A stretch of 64,000 bases of DNA from an uncultured Chloroflexia bacterium (GTDB taxonomy: Bacteria; Chloroflexota; Limnocylindria; Limnocylindrales; CSP1-4), in the NCBI GenBank assembly GCA_963746845.1, contig CAVVCZ010000002.1:231361-295360 (forward strand). The letters run 5' to 3'. The notes under the pieces are model-generated. The model had not been told where the DNA came from. It was given only the letters and a program-made list of their open reading frames with translations, and did no database searches. Shown piece after piece: positions 20,576 through 30,773 of the stretch. Position 1 is the first letter of the stretch. Each line of letters opens with the position of its first letter. The position numbers and the translations under genes were made by a program.

Positions 20576-22980
20576 CCGGGTCCGGGGACCGAGCGGCGGT
20601 CGGCCCGGCGGATCACGGATGCCCAGCCGGCCAGCCCGCCGAGCGCGACGAGCAGGACCACGAACCCGAGACGCGTCGCGACCGGTTCGTACGCGAAGGT
20701 GACCTGATGGGGGCCCGGTCCCACCTCCACGCCGCGGAACGCGAGATCGACCGGGACGACCGGGGCGGGCACGCCGTCGACCGATGCGACCCAGCCCGGA
20801 CCCGTGGCGTCCGTCAGGACGACGATCCCGGCCGGCCCGTCCCGGACGGCCAGCTCCTGCCGGTCCGGCGTGTACCGCGTGATCTGGACCGGGCGCGAGA
20901 CGCCGTCCGTCGCGGTCGGGATCGACGACGAGATCCGGCCGCGGTCCTCCGGAAGGACGAAGACGGTGCCCGCGAGCTGGTCCCGGGTTGCGGTGCCGAG
21001 GTTCGCCAGGATCTCGTCGCGGGTGGCGGCGGGGGCGACGGCCGCGGCGACGAACGCCCGCGGGATGACATCGGGGATCTCGTAGACGACATCGGTGCCG
21101 TCGCGGTAGCGCTCCTCGAAACGCGGGTCGACGGCGTAGTCGCCCCGGACGACGAACCAGCGGATCCCCATGAGCTGGGCGACCTCGGGATCGATCTCGG
21201 GCCCGAACGCGTACGCCCGAACGCCCCAGCTGTGGAAGTAGGTGTAGAGCGTCGGATCGTCGCGCAGCGTCGGATCGGTCAGGACGCCGAACAGGTCGTG
21301 GACGCCGAGTGGGTAGATGGCCTGATAGCCGTCCGCCTGGAAGATCCCGACCCCGCCCATCCGGTCGCCGAAGAGGCCGAGGCTCAAGACCCGGTTCTGT
21401 TCGGGCGGGCCCTGGGCCTGGACGAAGGCCTGCGCCGGGGTCCTGGCGATGTCCTCGGCGTACGTGCCGAGGGAGCCGTTCAGCAGGCGCTCCCCGTGCG
21501 CGTAGGCGGCGCGATCGAGGATGAGCAGCCCGACGACGAGCAGGACGACCACGCGGCCGACCGGACGACCGCGCATCCAGACCGCGGCGCCCAGGGCGAT
21601 CGCCGCGACGCCGATCACGAGCGAGCCGACGATCAGGAGACGTCCGAGGTTGGCCGTTCCGAGCGGGCCTCCGTGGCGGATGGCCGCCAGGAGCGGGCCT
21701 CCGGCGGCCGCGATCTGCCACGCGACGAGCAGCCCGAGGGCGAGCCCGATGACGACGAGCCACGCCAGACGGCCGGATGGCAGTCGCCGGCGCAGGTCGG
21801 CCGTGGCGGGGTCGGTCGGCCACCAGCGCAGGACCCGCGCGGCACCGATCGCGCACAGTGCCGCCACGGCAAACGGCATCGCGTGACGGATCCGGACGAG
21901 CTGGAACGACCGGAGGAACCCGAGGTTCTCCTGGATCGGCGTGAACAGGACGGCTGCCGCGTCGAGCAGGGGGATCGCCACCAGCAGCCCGACGATGAAG
22001 AGCTCTCCGCGGACGCGTGGCCGGCGTCGCACCACCGAGATCGCGATCGCGATCAGGGCAAGGCCCGCCGCACCGCTGAAGAATGTGCCATAGCGACCCG
22101 GTGACAGGCCGACATTCGCCCCGACCGGGACCCCGAACAGGAGGCTGCTGTAGAACGTGAGAGTGTCGGTGATGACGCTGAGGACACGCGAGTCGTAGAG
22201 GTCCGCCAGGTTCCAGGCCGCGCGCTCCGACCCGGGCAGCCAGGTGAGCTGGGCGAGGAGCACCGGGCCGGTCAGGGCCAGGCTGAGGACCCACGCCCCC
22301 AGCCAGATGCCGACGCGGTCGCGGACCCGCGTCCCCTCCGGGCCGGCGACCAGCAGCCACGCCAGCTGGAGCGCCCCCATGATCAGCGCGACCTGGGACT
22401 GACCGGCGTACATCAGGAATGCATCCAACAGGACCAGCCCGACCACGGCGCGCCAGCGGACCCGCGACGGCCGGACGGCCCGGTCGGCCAGCCACAGGGC
22501 GATCGGGAGGCCGAGGGCGCTGAACCCGTAGATGTAGTGCCAGAAGCCGAACAGGTAGACGATCGATCCGATGAGGCACGGGCCGAAGGGCAGTCGGAGG
22601 TTGTCACGGAGGAACAGGTGCATCCCGAGCCCGGCGGTCGCGGCCATCAGCCACGCGGTGAACGCGTACGCGGCGAATGAGCCGAACGCGAACCCGAGCG
22701 CGACGTCCGGGGCGAAGGGCGCGATCGAATGCTGGGCGAGGATGTCGTTGCCGGTCCCGAAGTACGGGTCCCACCAGGTCAGCCCGTAGCGGCTCCATTG
22801 CTCGACCGTCGCGCCGATGCGCGCGACGCCGCCGGCGGGATCGAACACGTCCAGCTCGTAGCCGAGGCCTCGCTGGCGGAAGAGCAGTGTCTCGAGCGTC
22901 GGGAAGGAGAACAGCGCGAGGAGGCCGTACAGGCCTGCCAGTCGCAGCGCCTCCGGCAGCGATCCAACCGCCCGCCTCAC
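20572..22980 (-). CDS. YfhO-family multi-pass membrane protein (GT-C-like)
   Basis: WWDPYFGTG, many TM segments, C-terminal PGWVASVDG...FRGVEVGPGPHQVTFAYEP. Confidence 0.8.
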   Translation of the reverse strand: MRRAVGSLPEALRLAGLYGLLALFSFPTLETLLFRQRGLGYELDVFDPAGGVARIGATVEQWSRYGLTWWDPYFGTGNDILAQHSIAPFAPDVALGFAFGSFAAYAFTAWLMAATAGLGMHLFLRDNLRLPFGPCLIGSIVYLFGFWHYIYGFSALGLPIALWLADRAVRPSRVRWRAVVGLVLLDAFLMYAGQSQVALIMGALQLAWLLVAGPEGTRVRDRVGIWLGAWVLSLALTGPVLLAQLTWLPGSERAAWNLADLYDSRVLSVITDTLTFYSSLLFGVPVGANVGLSPGRYGTFFSGAAGLALIAIAISVVRRRPRVRGELFIVGLLVAIPLLDAAAVLFTPIQENLGFLRSFQLVRIRHAMPFAVAALCAIGAARVLRWWPTDPATADLRRRLPSGRLAWLVVIGLALGLLVAWQIAAAGGPLLAAIRHGGPLGTANLGRLLIVGSLVIGVAAIALGAAVWMRGRPVGRVVVLLVVGLLILDRAAYAHGERLLNGSLGTYAEDIARTPAQAFVQAQGPPEQNRVLSLGLFGDRMGGVGIFQADGYQAIYPLGVHDLFGVLTDPTLRDDPTLYTYFHSWGVRAYAFGPEIDPEVAQLMGIRWFVVRGDYAVDPRFEERYRDGTDVVYEIPDVIPRAFVAAAVAPAATRDEILANLGTATRDQLAGTVFVLPEDRGRISSSIPTATDGVSRPVQITRYTPDRQELAVRDGPAGIVVLTDATGPGWVASVDGVPAPVVPVDLAFRGVEVGPGPHQVTFAYEPVATRLGFVVLLVALGGLAGWASVIRRADRRSVPGPG

Positions 22981-23035
22981 GGCACGGCCGGTGCCATCAG
23001 CCGGCTGACGGTCCGGCGGTTCGGCGGTTCACGGG

Positions 23036-24238
23036 TCACGCGGCCCGGTAGGCGGTCGTGACCTTGTCGAGCGCCGCGACGACGTCGTCGACGTCCGCGG
23101 TCGTCATCGATGCGAACAGCGGCACGGTCAGCAGCCGCTCGTACGCCCCCTCGGCGATGGGCATCGAGATCCCCGGGAACCGCTCGCGATAGTAGGGATG
23201 CCGGTGGACGGGGATGTAGTGGACGTTGACCCCGATCCCCTCGGCCCGGAGGGCCCGGAACACCGTCCCTCGGTCGACGGACAGCCGGTCCAGCCGGAGC
23301 TGGACGAACGCGAAGTGCCAGGCCGGGTCGGCCCGCGGATCGACGACGGGCGGATCGAGGAGCTCGTGACCGCTGAGGCGCCGGAGATAGTGCGCCGCCA
23401 ACTCGCGGCGCCGGGTGAGGAACGCGGGAACCCGCGCCAGCTGGCTCGTCCCGAGCGCCGCGCCGATGTCGGTGAGCCGGTAGTTGTAGCCGAGCTCGAC
23501 CATCTCGTAGGTCCAGTCGCGCCGCGCCGCGAGCTCGGTCGCGATCCCGTGGTTCCGGAACCGGCGGAGGCGGGTCGCGAAGTCATCCCGGTCGGTCAGG
23601 ACCGCACCGCCCTCGCCGGTCGTGAGGATCTTCGCGGGATGGAGGCTGAGGACGGTCAGGTCGGCGAGCGTCCCGACCGCCCGTCCGTCGAGCGTCGCAC
23701 CGAGCGAGTGGGAGGCGTCGGCGATGATCGTCAGCGGGCCGCCCGGCGCGGCGTCCGCGACCGCACGGAGCGCCGCGTAGTCCGCCGGCTGGCCGGCGTA
23801 GTCGACCGGCAGGAGCGCCCGGGTCCGCGACGTGATCGCCGCCGCGACGCGATCCGGGCGGATCAGGAGCGTGCCGGGATCGATGTCCGCGAAGCGCGGC
23901 TCGGCCCCGGCATACAGGACGCAGTTCGCCGTCGCGGCGAACGTCATCGGCGTCGTGATCGCCTCGTCGCCCGGTCCGAGCCCCGCGACAACCGCCGCTC
24001 CGTGGAGGGCCGCCGTCCCCGAGCTGAACGCGACGGCATGGCGCACGCCCGCGAACGCGGCGAGCGCCTCCTCGAAGGCCGGGACCCGGGGGCCGGTCGT
24101 GAGCCAGTCCGAGCGCAGGGCGGCCGTGACGGCGGCCACGTCCTCGTCGGAGATCGACTGCCGGGCGTAGGGCAGCATCGTCGTCCGGATCGGCTCGCCG
24201 CCGTCGATCGCGAGACGGGCGGTGGTCGGCGAGCCCAT
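23036..24238 (-). CDS. pseC: PLP-dependent sugar aminotransferase, PseC/DegT family
   Basis: LPYARQ, WLTTGP, SSGTAALH, HPAKILTTGEGG and GYNYRLTD motifs. Confidence 0.85.
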   Translation of the reverse strand: MGSPTTARLAIDGGEPIRTTMLPYARQSISDEDVAAVTAALRSDWLTTGPRVPAFEEALAAFAGVRHAVAFSSGTAALHGAAVVAGLGPGDEAITTPMTFAATANCVLYAGAEPRFADIDPGTLLIRPDRVAAAITSRTRALLPVDYAGQPADYAALRAVADAAPGGPLTIIADASHSLGATLDGRAVGTLADLTVLSLHPAKILTTGEGGAVLTDRDDFATRLRRFRNHGIATELAARRDWTYEMVELGYNYRLTDIGAALGTSQLARVPAFLTRRRELAAHYLRRLSGHELLDPPVVDPRADPAWHFAFVQLRLDRLSVDRGTVFRALRAEGIGVNVHYIPVHRHPYYRERFPGISMPIAEGAYERLLTVPLFASMTTADVDDVVAALDKVTTAYRAA

Positions 24239-25194
24239 CACCGAACGGCGACCCCGGCTTCCATCCGGCCGGCCATCCAGTTGCGAACCCGGCCGAGCCC
24301 CTCCTCGAGCGACACGGCCGGGCGCCAGCCGAGGACGCGAACGGCCTCGCGGGCATCGCACCGGAGCACGGCGATCTCGCTCTGCGGATGGATGTGCTCG
24401 ACGTGCACGATCCGCGACGGGTCCGGTTCGATCAGGGCGGCCAGCCGGTTGACGGTCACGTCCGCGCCCGTGCCGGCGTTGAGGATGCGGCCGGTCGCGG
24501 CCTCGGCGAAGAGGGCGTCGCACACGAACCGCGCGCAATCCGACGCGTAGAGGAGGTCGCGCGTCTGCGTTCCGTCGCCGAAGATCCGGAGCGGCTCCTC
24601 GCGCAGGGCGAGACGCGTGAAGATCGCGACGACGCCGCCCTCGCCGACCGATCGCTGGAACGGTCCGTACGTGTTGAACGGTCGGACCACGGTCGTCGGC
24701 AGGCCGTAGGCGTGGACGTACGACAGGGTCAGCGCCTCGCCGCTCAGCTTGGAGGCCGCGTACGGCGACGCGGGCCGGGTCGGGTGGGTCTCGGCGATGC
24801 CCTCCGGCGTCGTGGCGCGGTCGTAGACCATGCAGGTGCTCATGAACAGGAACCGCGCCCGGGAGGCGCGGGCACCCTCGAGGAGCCGGAACGTCCCGAC
24901 GACGTCGTTCTCGAACGTCGACTCCGGGTCGTCGATCGAGTCCTGGACGGAGATGGATGCCGCCAGGTGGGCGACCGCGTCGACGGCCGCCGTCCAGCGC
25001 CGGCATGCGGCCGCGTCGCGGACGTCGCCCTGCTCGAACGGGAGGAGGTTCGGGTGACCCGCGAACTCGGCGAGATTGGCCTCGTCGCCCGCGACGAGGT
25101 TGTCGATCGGCAGGACCACGTGACCGCGCTCGAGCAGCTCGCCGACGACCCAGCGGCCGATGAACCCGGCGGCGCCGGTGACCAGGACCCTCAC
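24238..25194 (-). CDS. NAD-dependent epimerase/dehydratase
   Basis: VTGAAGFIG, SPYAASK and RPFNTYGP motifs. Confidence 0.9.
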   Translation of the reverse strand: MRVLVTGAAGFIGRWVVGELLERGHVVLPIDNLVAGDEANLAEFAGHPNLLPFEQGDVRDAAACRRWTAAVDAVAHLAASISVQDSIDDPESTFENDVVGTFRLLEGARASRARFLFMSTCMVYDRATTPEGIAETHPTRPASPYAASKLSGEALTLSYVHAYGLPTTVVRPFNTYGPFQRSVGEGGVVAIFTRLALREEPLRIFGDGTQTRDLLYASDCARFVCDALFAEAATGRILNAGTGADVTVNRLAALIEPDPSRIVHVEHIHPQSEIAVLRCDAREAVRVLGWRPAVSLEEGLGRVRNWMAGRMEAGVAVR

Positions 25195-26252
25195 GCGCGT
25201 CCGGCCCCCGCGAGCTCCGCGGTGTCGGCGGCGTAGGTCCGCCGGACGAGGTCGAGGACCTCCTCGGCGGTCAACGGCGGCACCCCGTCCGAGCGGTATG
25301 CACCGATCGGTGCCGGCGCCGCGTCGCGGTACGCGGCGACGACCTCGGCGGACGCCTCGATCGACGGCAGCACGCTGAACATCTCGCCGATGTCGTGCGC
25401 CCGCGTCGACTCGTCCTCGGTCATCAGCTCCTCGTAGGGCTTCTCCCCCGGACGAGGTTCGATCCCCCGCGTCAGGATCGCCGCCGGATCGCGGCCGGCG
25501 GCCGGCGCCACGACGTCGATCGCCGCCTGCACGAGGTCGGCGAGACGCGCCGCGGGCATCTTGAACACGAAGACCTCGCCCCCGCGCGCGATCCCCGCGG
25601 CGCGGATCGCGAGCTCGACGGCCCGGTCGGTCGTCATGACGAACCGCGTCATCGACGGGTCCGTGACCGTCACCGGGCCGCCCGCGGCGATCTGCCGGAA
25701 GAACAGCTCCAGTGCCGACCCACGCGAGCCGAGGACGTTCCCGAAGCGCACGCTCGCGAACCGCGTCGGGCGCGAGCCACGGTAGTTCGTCGCCGCGCTC
25801 ACGAGCTTCTCGGCGAGGAGCTTCGAGGCGCCCATCACCGACGTCGGGTTGGCGGCCTTGTCCGACGAGGTCAGGATCATCGTCCCGACGCCGGTGGCGA
25901 GGCACGCGTCGATGACGTTCTGCGTCCCGACGACGTTCGTCTGGGTCGCCTCGAACGGGTTGTACTCGCCCAATTCGACGTGCTTCAGGGCCGCGCAGTG
26001 GAAGACGGTGTCGATCCCGTCCATCGCCCGGAGGAGGCGATCGCGATCGCGGATGTCGCCGACGAGGAACCGCACGTCGCGCCGGTCGGCGAGGTGCAGG
26101 CGCTGGTAGAACTGCTTGGTCTCGTCGCGGCCGAAGACGCGGATCACGGCCGGGTCGTGCTCGAGGAGCTGGTCGACCAGCCGGGCCCCGATCGTCCCGG
26201 ACCCTCCGGTCACGAGGATGCGCGATCCGCGGAAGGCGTCGCTGGCGGTGAT
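25191..26252 (-). CDS. UDP-GlcNAc 4,6-dehydratase, CapD/PglF/FnlA-like
   Basis: VTGGSGTIG, AALKHV, SSDKA, MGASK, RFGNVLGSRGS, GEK; start placed at ATC behind AGGAGG (uncertain; alternative ATG at 26360). Confidence 0.85.
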   Translation of the reverse strand: MTASDAFRGSRILVTGGSGTIGARLVDQLLEHDPAVIRVFGRDETKQFYQRLHLADRRDVRFLVGDIRDRDRLLRAMDGIDTVFHCAALKHVELGEYNPFEATQTNVVGTQNVIDACLATGVGTMILTSSDKAANPTSVMGASKLLAEKLVSAATNYRGSRPTRFASVRFGNVLGSRGSALELFFRQIAAGGPVTVTDPSMTRFVMTTDRAVELAIRAAGIARGGEVFVFKMPAARLADLVQAAIDVVAPAAGRDPAAILTRGIEPRPGEKPYEELMTEDESTRAHDIGEMFSVLPSIEASAEVVAAYRDAAPAPIGAYRSDGVPPLTAEEVLDLVRRTYAADTAELAGAGRA

Positions 26253-26432
26253 CGGGGTCCCTCCTGCGTGGGTCGCCGGTTCGATGGCCGCCCACGACTC
26301 CGGCGGATCGCGGCCACGCGCCGCCGGGCACGGGCCGATTCCGGGGATCCCCGGGCGCATACGGTACGATACCGCCCCGTCGGGCGCCTGTGCCTTACCC
26401 ACCCTTGCTCGGAATCAGGACCCCATCACCCC

Positions 26433-28169
26433 ATGACCTTCCGCGTCAAGCCCGCCGATCGCAGTCATGCCGATCGCGATCCGAACCGGCGAACCCTGTA
26501 CACGAACATCGGCTTCGGCCTGGCCGTACTCGTGGCGATCCTCATCCTCGTCGCGGTCGGCGTGACGACGTGGTACAGCTCGCACCTGGCACCGGCGGCG
26601 ACGGTGGCGGGCCAGACGATCACGAAGGACCAGTTCCTCGACCGAGCCAACGTCGAGTCGTTCCGGCTCCAGCAGCTCGCGAGCCGGGTCCAGTCGGAGG
26701 TTGCCGCCGGCCGCCTGACGCAGACCCAGGCGCAGGCCCGGGTCAACGCGATCAACGCCCAGCTGGACACGCAGACGTTCACCTCGACGGTCCTCGAGAA
26801 GCTGATCGACGGACAGATCCAGGCCGGCCTCGCCGCCGAGCAGGGGATCACCATCACCGACCAGCAGATCGACCAGCGGATCGCCGACGACAAGACCCGC
26901 AAGGAAGAGCGCCACATCTGGCTGATCGCGGTCCAGCCGACCGTCGATGCCGACAAGACCGAGCCGACCGACGCGCAGAAGGCCGACGCGAAGAAGCGCG
27001 CCGACGACGCCCTCGCCCAGATCAAGGCGGGCAAGTCGTTCGAGGACGTCGCGAAGAGCGTCTCGACCGACGCGTCGAAGGCGACCGGCGGGGACCTCGG
27101 CTGGATCGACGACACCGCGTCCGAGGATCCGGCCTGGCAGGCGGCCCTGTTCAAGCTCGACGCCAACGGCGTGACCGACGTGATCCCCGGCGCGGACGGC
27201 ACCTACCGGATCGGACGCGTCAGCGAGATCGCGCCCGCGGACGTCGACCCCGCGTGGGACCAGAAGCTGGCCGCGGCGAAGATCACCCAGGACCAGTACC
27301 GCGCGGCGATCCGCTCGGAGGCGATCCGCCAGGCCCTCGACGACAAGATCGTCGCCGCGGACAGCCAGAGCGGCCTCCAGCGCAAGGTCTCCGAGATCTA
27401 CATCCCGGACACGAACGTCACCGGGGCGAAGGCGATCAAGGTCCGGCACATCCTCTACTCGCCGAAGGACGACCCGCAGAACGCCTCGAGCGTGCCCGAC
27501 ACGGACCCGACCTGGACGCAGGCGCAGCTGGCGGCCCAGGCGGCCTACGACACCCTCGTCAAGGACCCCTCGAAGTTCGACTCGATCGCCCGCGCCGAGA
27601 GCGACGAGACCTCCGCGAAGGGCGACGACGGGACCGGCGGGAAGCTGCCGTACTTCGACGAGACGAGCGAGGCGAACGGGCTCGACCCGGACTTCGCCAA
27701 GGCGATCCTCGCCGACGGCCTCCAGCCCGGGCAGATCCTGCCACCGTTCAAGAGCGCGTTCGGCTGGCACGTCGTCCAGGTCATGTACCGCCCGCCGAAT
27801 TCCGACGAGATGGCGAAGCTCAAGAGCCAGGCCCAGGGCGGCACCCCGTTCGGCGACCTCGTCCGCGACTTCTCGGAAGGCCCCAAGTCCGGCGCCGGCG
27901 GCGACATCGGCTGGGTCGCGAACGGCCAGCTCGACGACCGCCTGACGAAGGCGATCTTCGCGGCACCCGCGCTCGGGGTGAGCGACGTCGTCGCGGTCCC
28001 GGGCGACGGGACGTACCTCTTCAAGATCACCGACGAGCGAACCGCCGTTCCGGACAAGGACCAGCTGGACGCGATCAAGGCCAACGCCTTCAAGAACTGG
28101 TACGCCGAGAAGAAGGACGCGGTGGCGATCACCCGCGACCTGACCCCGGTGGCCACCGTGACGACGTAG
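26433..28169 (+). CDS. Membrane-anchored peptidyl-prolyl isomerase (PrsA/SurA-like, several parvulin domains)
   Basis: N-terminal TM; GGDLGW, VRHIL, SAFGWHV and GGDIGW motifs. Confidence 0.85.
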   Translation: MTFRVKPADRSHADRDPNRRTLYTNIGFGLAVLVAILILVAVGVTTWYSSHLAPAATVAGQTITKDQFLDRANVESFRLQQLASRVQSEVAAGRLTQTQAQARVNAINAQLDTQTFTSTVLEKLIDGQIQAGLAAEQGITITDQQIDQRIADDKTRKEERHIWLIAVQPTVDADKTEPTDAQKADAKKRADDALAQIKAGKSFEDVAKSVSTDASKATGGDLGWIDDTASEDPAWQAALFKLDANGVTDVIPGADGTYRIGRVSEIAPADVDPAWDQKLAAAKITQDQYRAAIRSEAIRQALDDKIVAADSQSGLQRKVSEIYIPDTNVTGAKAIKVRHILYSPKDDPQNASSVPDTDPTWTQAQLAAQAAYDTLVKDPSKFDSIARAESDETSAKGDDGTGGKLPYFDETSEANGLDPDFAKAILADGLQPGQILPPFKSAFGWHVVQVMYRPPNSDEMAKLKSQAQGGTPFGDLVRDFSEGPKSGAGGDIGWVANGQLDDRLTKAIFAAPALGVSDVVAVPGDGTYLFKITDERTAVPDKDQLDAIKANAFKNWYAEKKDAVAITRDLTPVATVTT

Positions 28170-28182
28170 GCAGCCGATCGCG

Positions 28183-29373
28183 GTGCTCGATGCGCTCGTC
28201 GCCGAGGCGCGTCTCCGCTGGGGTCTCGACCTCGGCGACGGCCTCCAGATCGTGGCGACCGAGGCAATCGTCCGGACGCCGCTCGAGCCGGCCCGGCCCG
28301 CGCTGATCGTCCCGGCGGCGGTCCTCCGGCTCGACGACGCCGCCGTCGCGGCGGCCGTCACGTCGCCCGCGGACCTCGCGCCGATCCTGCCCGGCCGGCA
28401 CGGTCCGGGCGGCGACGATCCGATCGCGCTGCTCCGGCGCCTCTACCCGGCGGACCATCCGGTCGGCCGGTTCGGGGTGATGGAGCCACTGACGATCGGC
28501 GAGCTGACGGCCGACGCCCTCGTGGCACCGCTGTTCCTGGGCCCGGTCGCGCGCGAGGCCGCGTTCGCGAGCCCCTGGGCGATGCCCTGGATCTCTCACC
28601 GCCTGCGCCTGCCCGACGGCTGTCCATGGGACCGCGAGCAGACCCACGAGTCGCTCCGGAGCCACCTCCTCGAGGAGGCGTACGAGGTCTACGACGCGCT
28701 CGGGGCCGGGGCGACGCCGGCGCTCGCGGAGGAGCTCGGTGACCTGCTCCTCCAGGTCATCCTCCACGCCCAGCTGGCCGCGGAGGCCGGCGTCTTCGAC
28801 CTGACCGACGTCAATGCGACCCTGGCGGCGAAGATCGTCCGTCGCCATCCCCATGTCTTCGGCGACGCCGAGGCGCGAACCGCGAGAGACGTCAACCGCC
28901 AGTGGGAGCGGATCAAGGCGGACGAGCGGAGCGCCGCCGGCGAGGCCGGAGAGGGCGCCGAGACAGCGCCGCGCAAGGGCGCCCTCGACGGCGTGAGCCG
29001 AAGCCTGCCCGCGCTGGCGGCCAGCCAGGAGATGCAGGAACGGGCGGCCCACATCGGCTACGAGTGGCCGAACATCGAGGGCGTCCTCGACAAGGTCCAC
29101 GAGGAGCTCGCCGAGCTGCGGGCCGCGGCCACCCCGGCCGAGCAGGCCGAGGAGTACGGCGATCTGCTGTTCGTCCTCGTGAACGTCGCCCGTTGGGAGG
29201 GCATCGAGGCCGAAGCCGCGCTCCGGTCCGCGAACGACAAGTTCCGCCGGCGGTTCGCGAGCGTCGAGCGCCAGGCGGCCGAGCGCCAGGTAGCCCTGAA
29301 GGACCTGTCGTTCGACGAGCTCGACGCGCTGTGGGACGCTGCGAAGGTCGAGGAGAAGGAGATCGCCCGATGA
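28183..29373 (+). CDS. mazG: Nucleoside triphosphate pyrophosphohydrolase MazG with N-terminal extension
   Basis: [27 protein letters not shown] and EEYGDLLF motifs. Confidence 0.92.
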   Translation: MLDALVAEARLRWGLDLGDGLQIVATEAIVRTPLEPARPALIVPAAVLRLDDAAVAAAVTSPADLAPILPGRHGPGGDDPIALLRRLYPADHPVGRFGVMEPLTIGELTADALVAPLFLGPVAREAAFASPWAMPWISHRLRLPDGCPWDREQTHESLRSHLLEEAYEVYDALGAGATPALAEELGDLLLQVILHAQLAAEAGVFDLTDVNATLAAKIVRRHPHVFGDAEARTARDVNRQWERIKADERSAAGEAGEGAETAPRKGALDGVSRSLPALAASQEMQERAAHIGYEWPNIEGVLDKVHEELAELRAAATPAEQAEEYGDLLFVLVNVARWEGIEAEAALRSANDKFRRRFASVERQAAERQVALKDLSFDELDALWDAAKVEEKEIAR

Positions 29374-30101
29374 TCGGCAACCAGCCCCAGACCCGCGCCG
29401 ACGGCCGCGTCGCGACCCAGCTCCGGCCGGTGAGCTTCACGCTCGGCGTCCAGAAGTGGGCCGAGGGCTCGTGCCTCGTCCGGTTCGGCGACACGCAGGT
29501 CCTGTGCGCCGCGACGATCGCCGACCGCGTGCCGCCGCATCTGCGCGGCAAGGGCACCGGCTGGGTGACCGCGGAGTACTCGATGCTGCCCCGGGCGACG
29601 GCCGAGCGGACCGACCGCGAGTCGGTCAAGGGCAAGCTCGGCGGGCGGACCCACGAGATCCAGCGACTGATCGGGCGATCGCTCCGCGATGCCGTCGACC
29701 TGACCCGGATCGGCGAGCGGACGATCACCGTCGACTGCGACGTGCTCCAGGCCGACGGCGGGACCCGGACCGCGTCGATCACCGGCGGATACGTCGCGCT
29801 GGCCTCGGCGATGATCACGTACGGGATGGACCGGCACCTGGTCGGCAAGGTCGCCGCGATCAGCGTGGGGCTGGTGGACGGAGCGCCGCTCCTCGATCTC
29901 GACTACAGCGAGGACTCCCGTGCGGACGTCGACTTCAACGTCGTCGGGACGGATGCGGGCACGTTCGTCGAGGTCCAGGGGACCGCAGAGGGCCGGCCGT
30001 TCGATCGCGCCGCGATGGACGGCCTGATCGACCTCGCGTCGTCGGGGCTCGAGCAGCTGTTCGTCGCCCAGGGCGAGATCCTGGCCACCGTCAAGCGGTG
30101 A
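29370..30101 (+). CDS. rph: Ribonuclease PH
   Basis: [39 protein letters not shown] and EVQGTAEG motifs. Confidence 0.96.
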   Translation: MIGNQPQTRADGRVATQLRPVSFTLGVQKWAEGSCLVRFGDTQVLCAATIADRVPPHLRGKGTGWVTAEYSMLPRATAERTDRESVKGKLGGRTHEIQRLIGRSLRDAVDLTRIGERTITVDCDVLQADGGTRTASITGGYVALASAMITYGMDRHLVGKVAAISVGLVDGAPLLDLDYSEDSRADVDFNVVGTDAGTFVEVQGTAEGRPFDRAAMDGLIDLASSGLEQLFVAQGEILATVKR

Positions 30102-30760
30102 CGCCCGGCTCGCGGGGTGCGGCCGCGGATCGCCCGCGGCTGTTGATCGCGACCCACTCGGCCCACAAGCTCGGGGAGCTCCGCGAGCTGCTCCGGCTCG
30201 AGCACGGCGAGCTCGTCAGCCTGGACGACGTCGGGGTCGACGCCGACCCGGACGAGACCGGCGAGACGTTCGAGACGAACGCCCGGATCAAGGCTCGCCA
30301 CGGCGCCCGCCGGACCGGGCTGCCGACCCTCGCCGACGACTCCGGGCTCGAGGTCGACGCGCTGGACGGCGGGCCCGGCGTGCGCACGAAGCGCTACGCC
30401 GGGCCCGACGCGACCGATGCCGCCAACAACACCAAGCTCCTCGCGGCGCTGGACGGTCTCCCGCCGGAGCGACGCGGCGCCCGCTACGTGTGCGTCCTCG
30501 CGCTGGCGCTGCCTCGACCCGTGGCCCGACCGGGCGATGCCGTCCCGATGCGGATCGTCCGCGGCACCACGCGCGGCCGGATCGCCACGGCACCGCGCGG
30601 GACCGGTGGCTTCGGCTACGACCCGATCTTCGAACCGGAGGGCGAGCCGGTGGGCGGACGGACGTTCGGGCTGTGGTCGCCGGACGAGAAGCACGCGGTC
30701 TCGCATCGCGGACGCGCCGCGCGGCGAATGACGCCGATCCTGCGCGAGCTCGGGTTCTGA
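30098..30760 (+). CDS. rdgB: Non-canonical purine NTP pyrophosphatase (RdgB/HAM1)
   Basis: [24 protein letters not shown] and SHRG motifs; follows rph. Confidence 0.95.
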   Translation: MTPGSRGAAADRPRLLIATHSAHKLGELRELLRLEHGELVSLDDVGVDADPDETGETFETNARIKARHGARRTGLPTLADDSGLEVDALDGGPGVRTKRYAGPDATDAANNTKLLAALDGLPPERRGARYVCVLALALPRPVARPGDAVPMRIVRGTTRGRIATAPRGTGGFGYDPIFEPEGEPVGGRTFGLWSPDEKHAVSHRGRAARRMTPILRELGF

Positions 30761-30773
30761 GGCGGAGCCGTCG

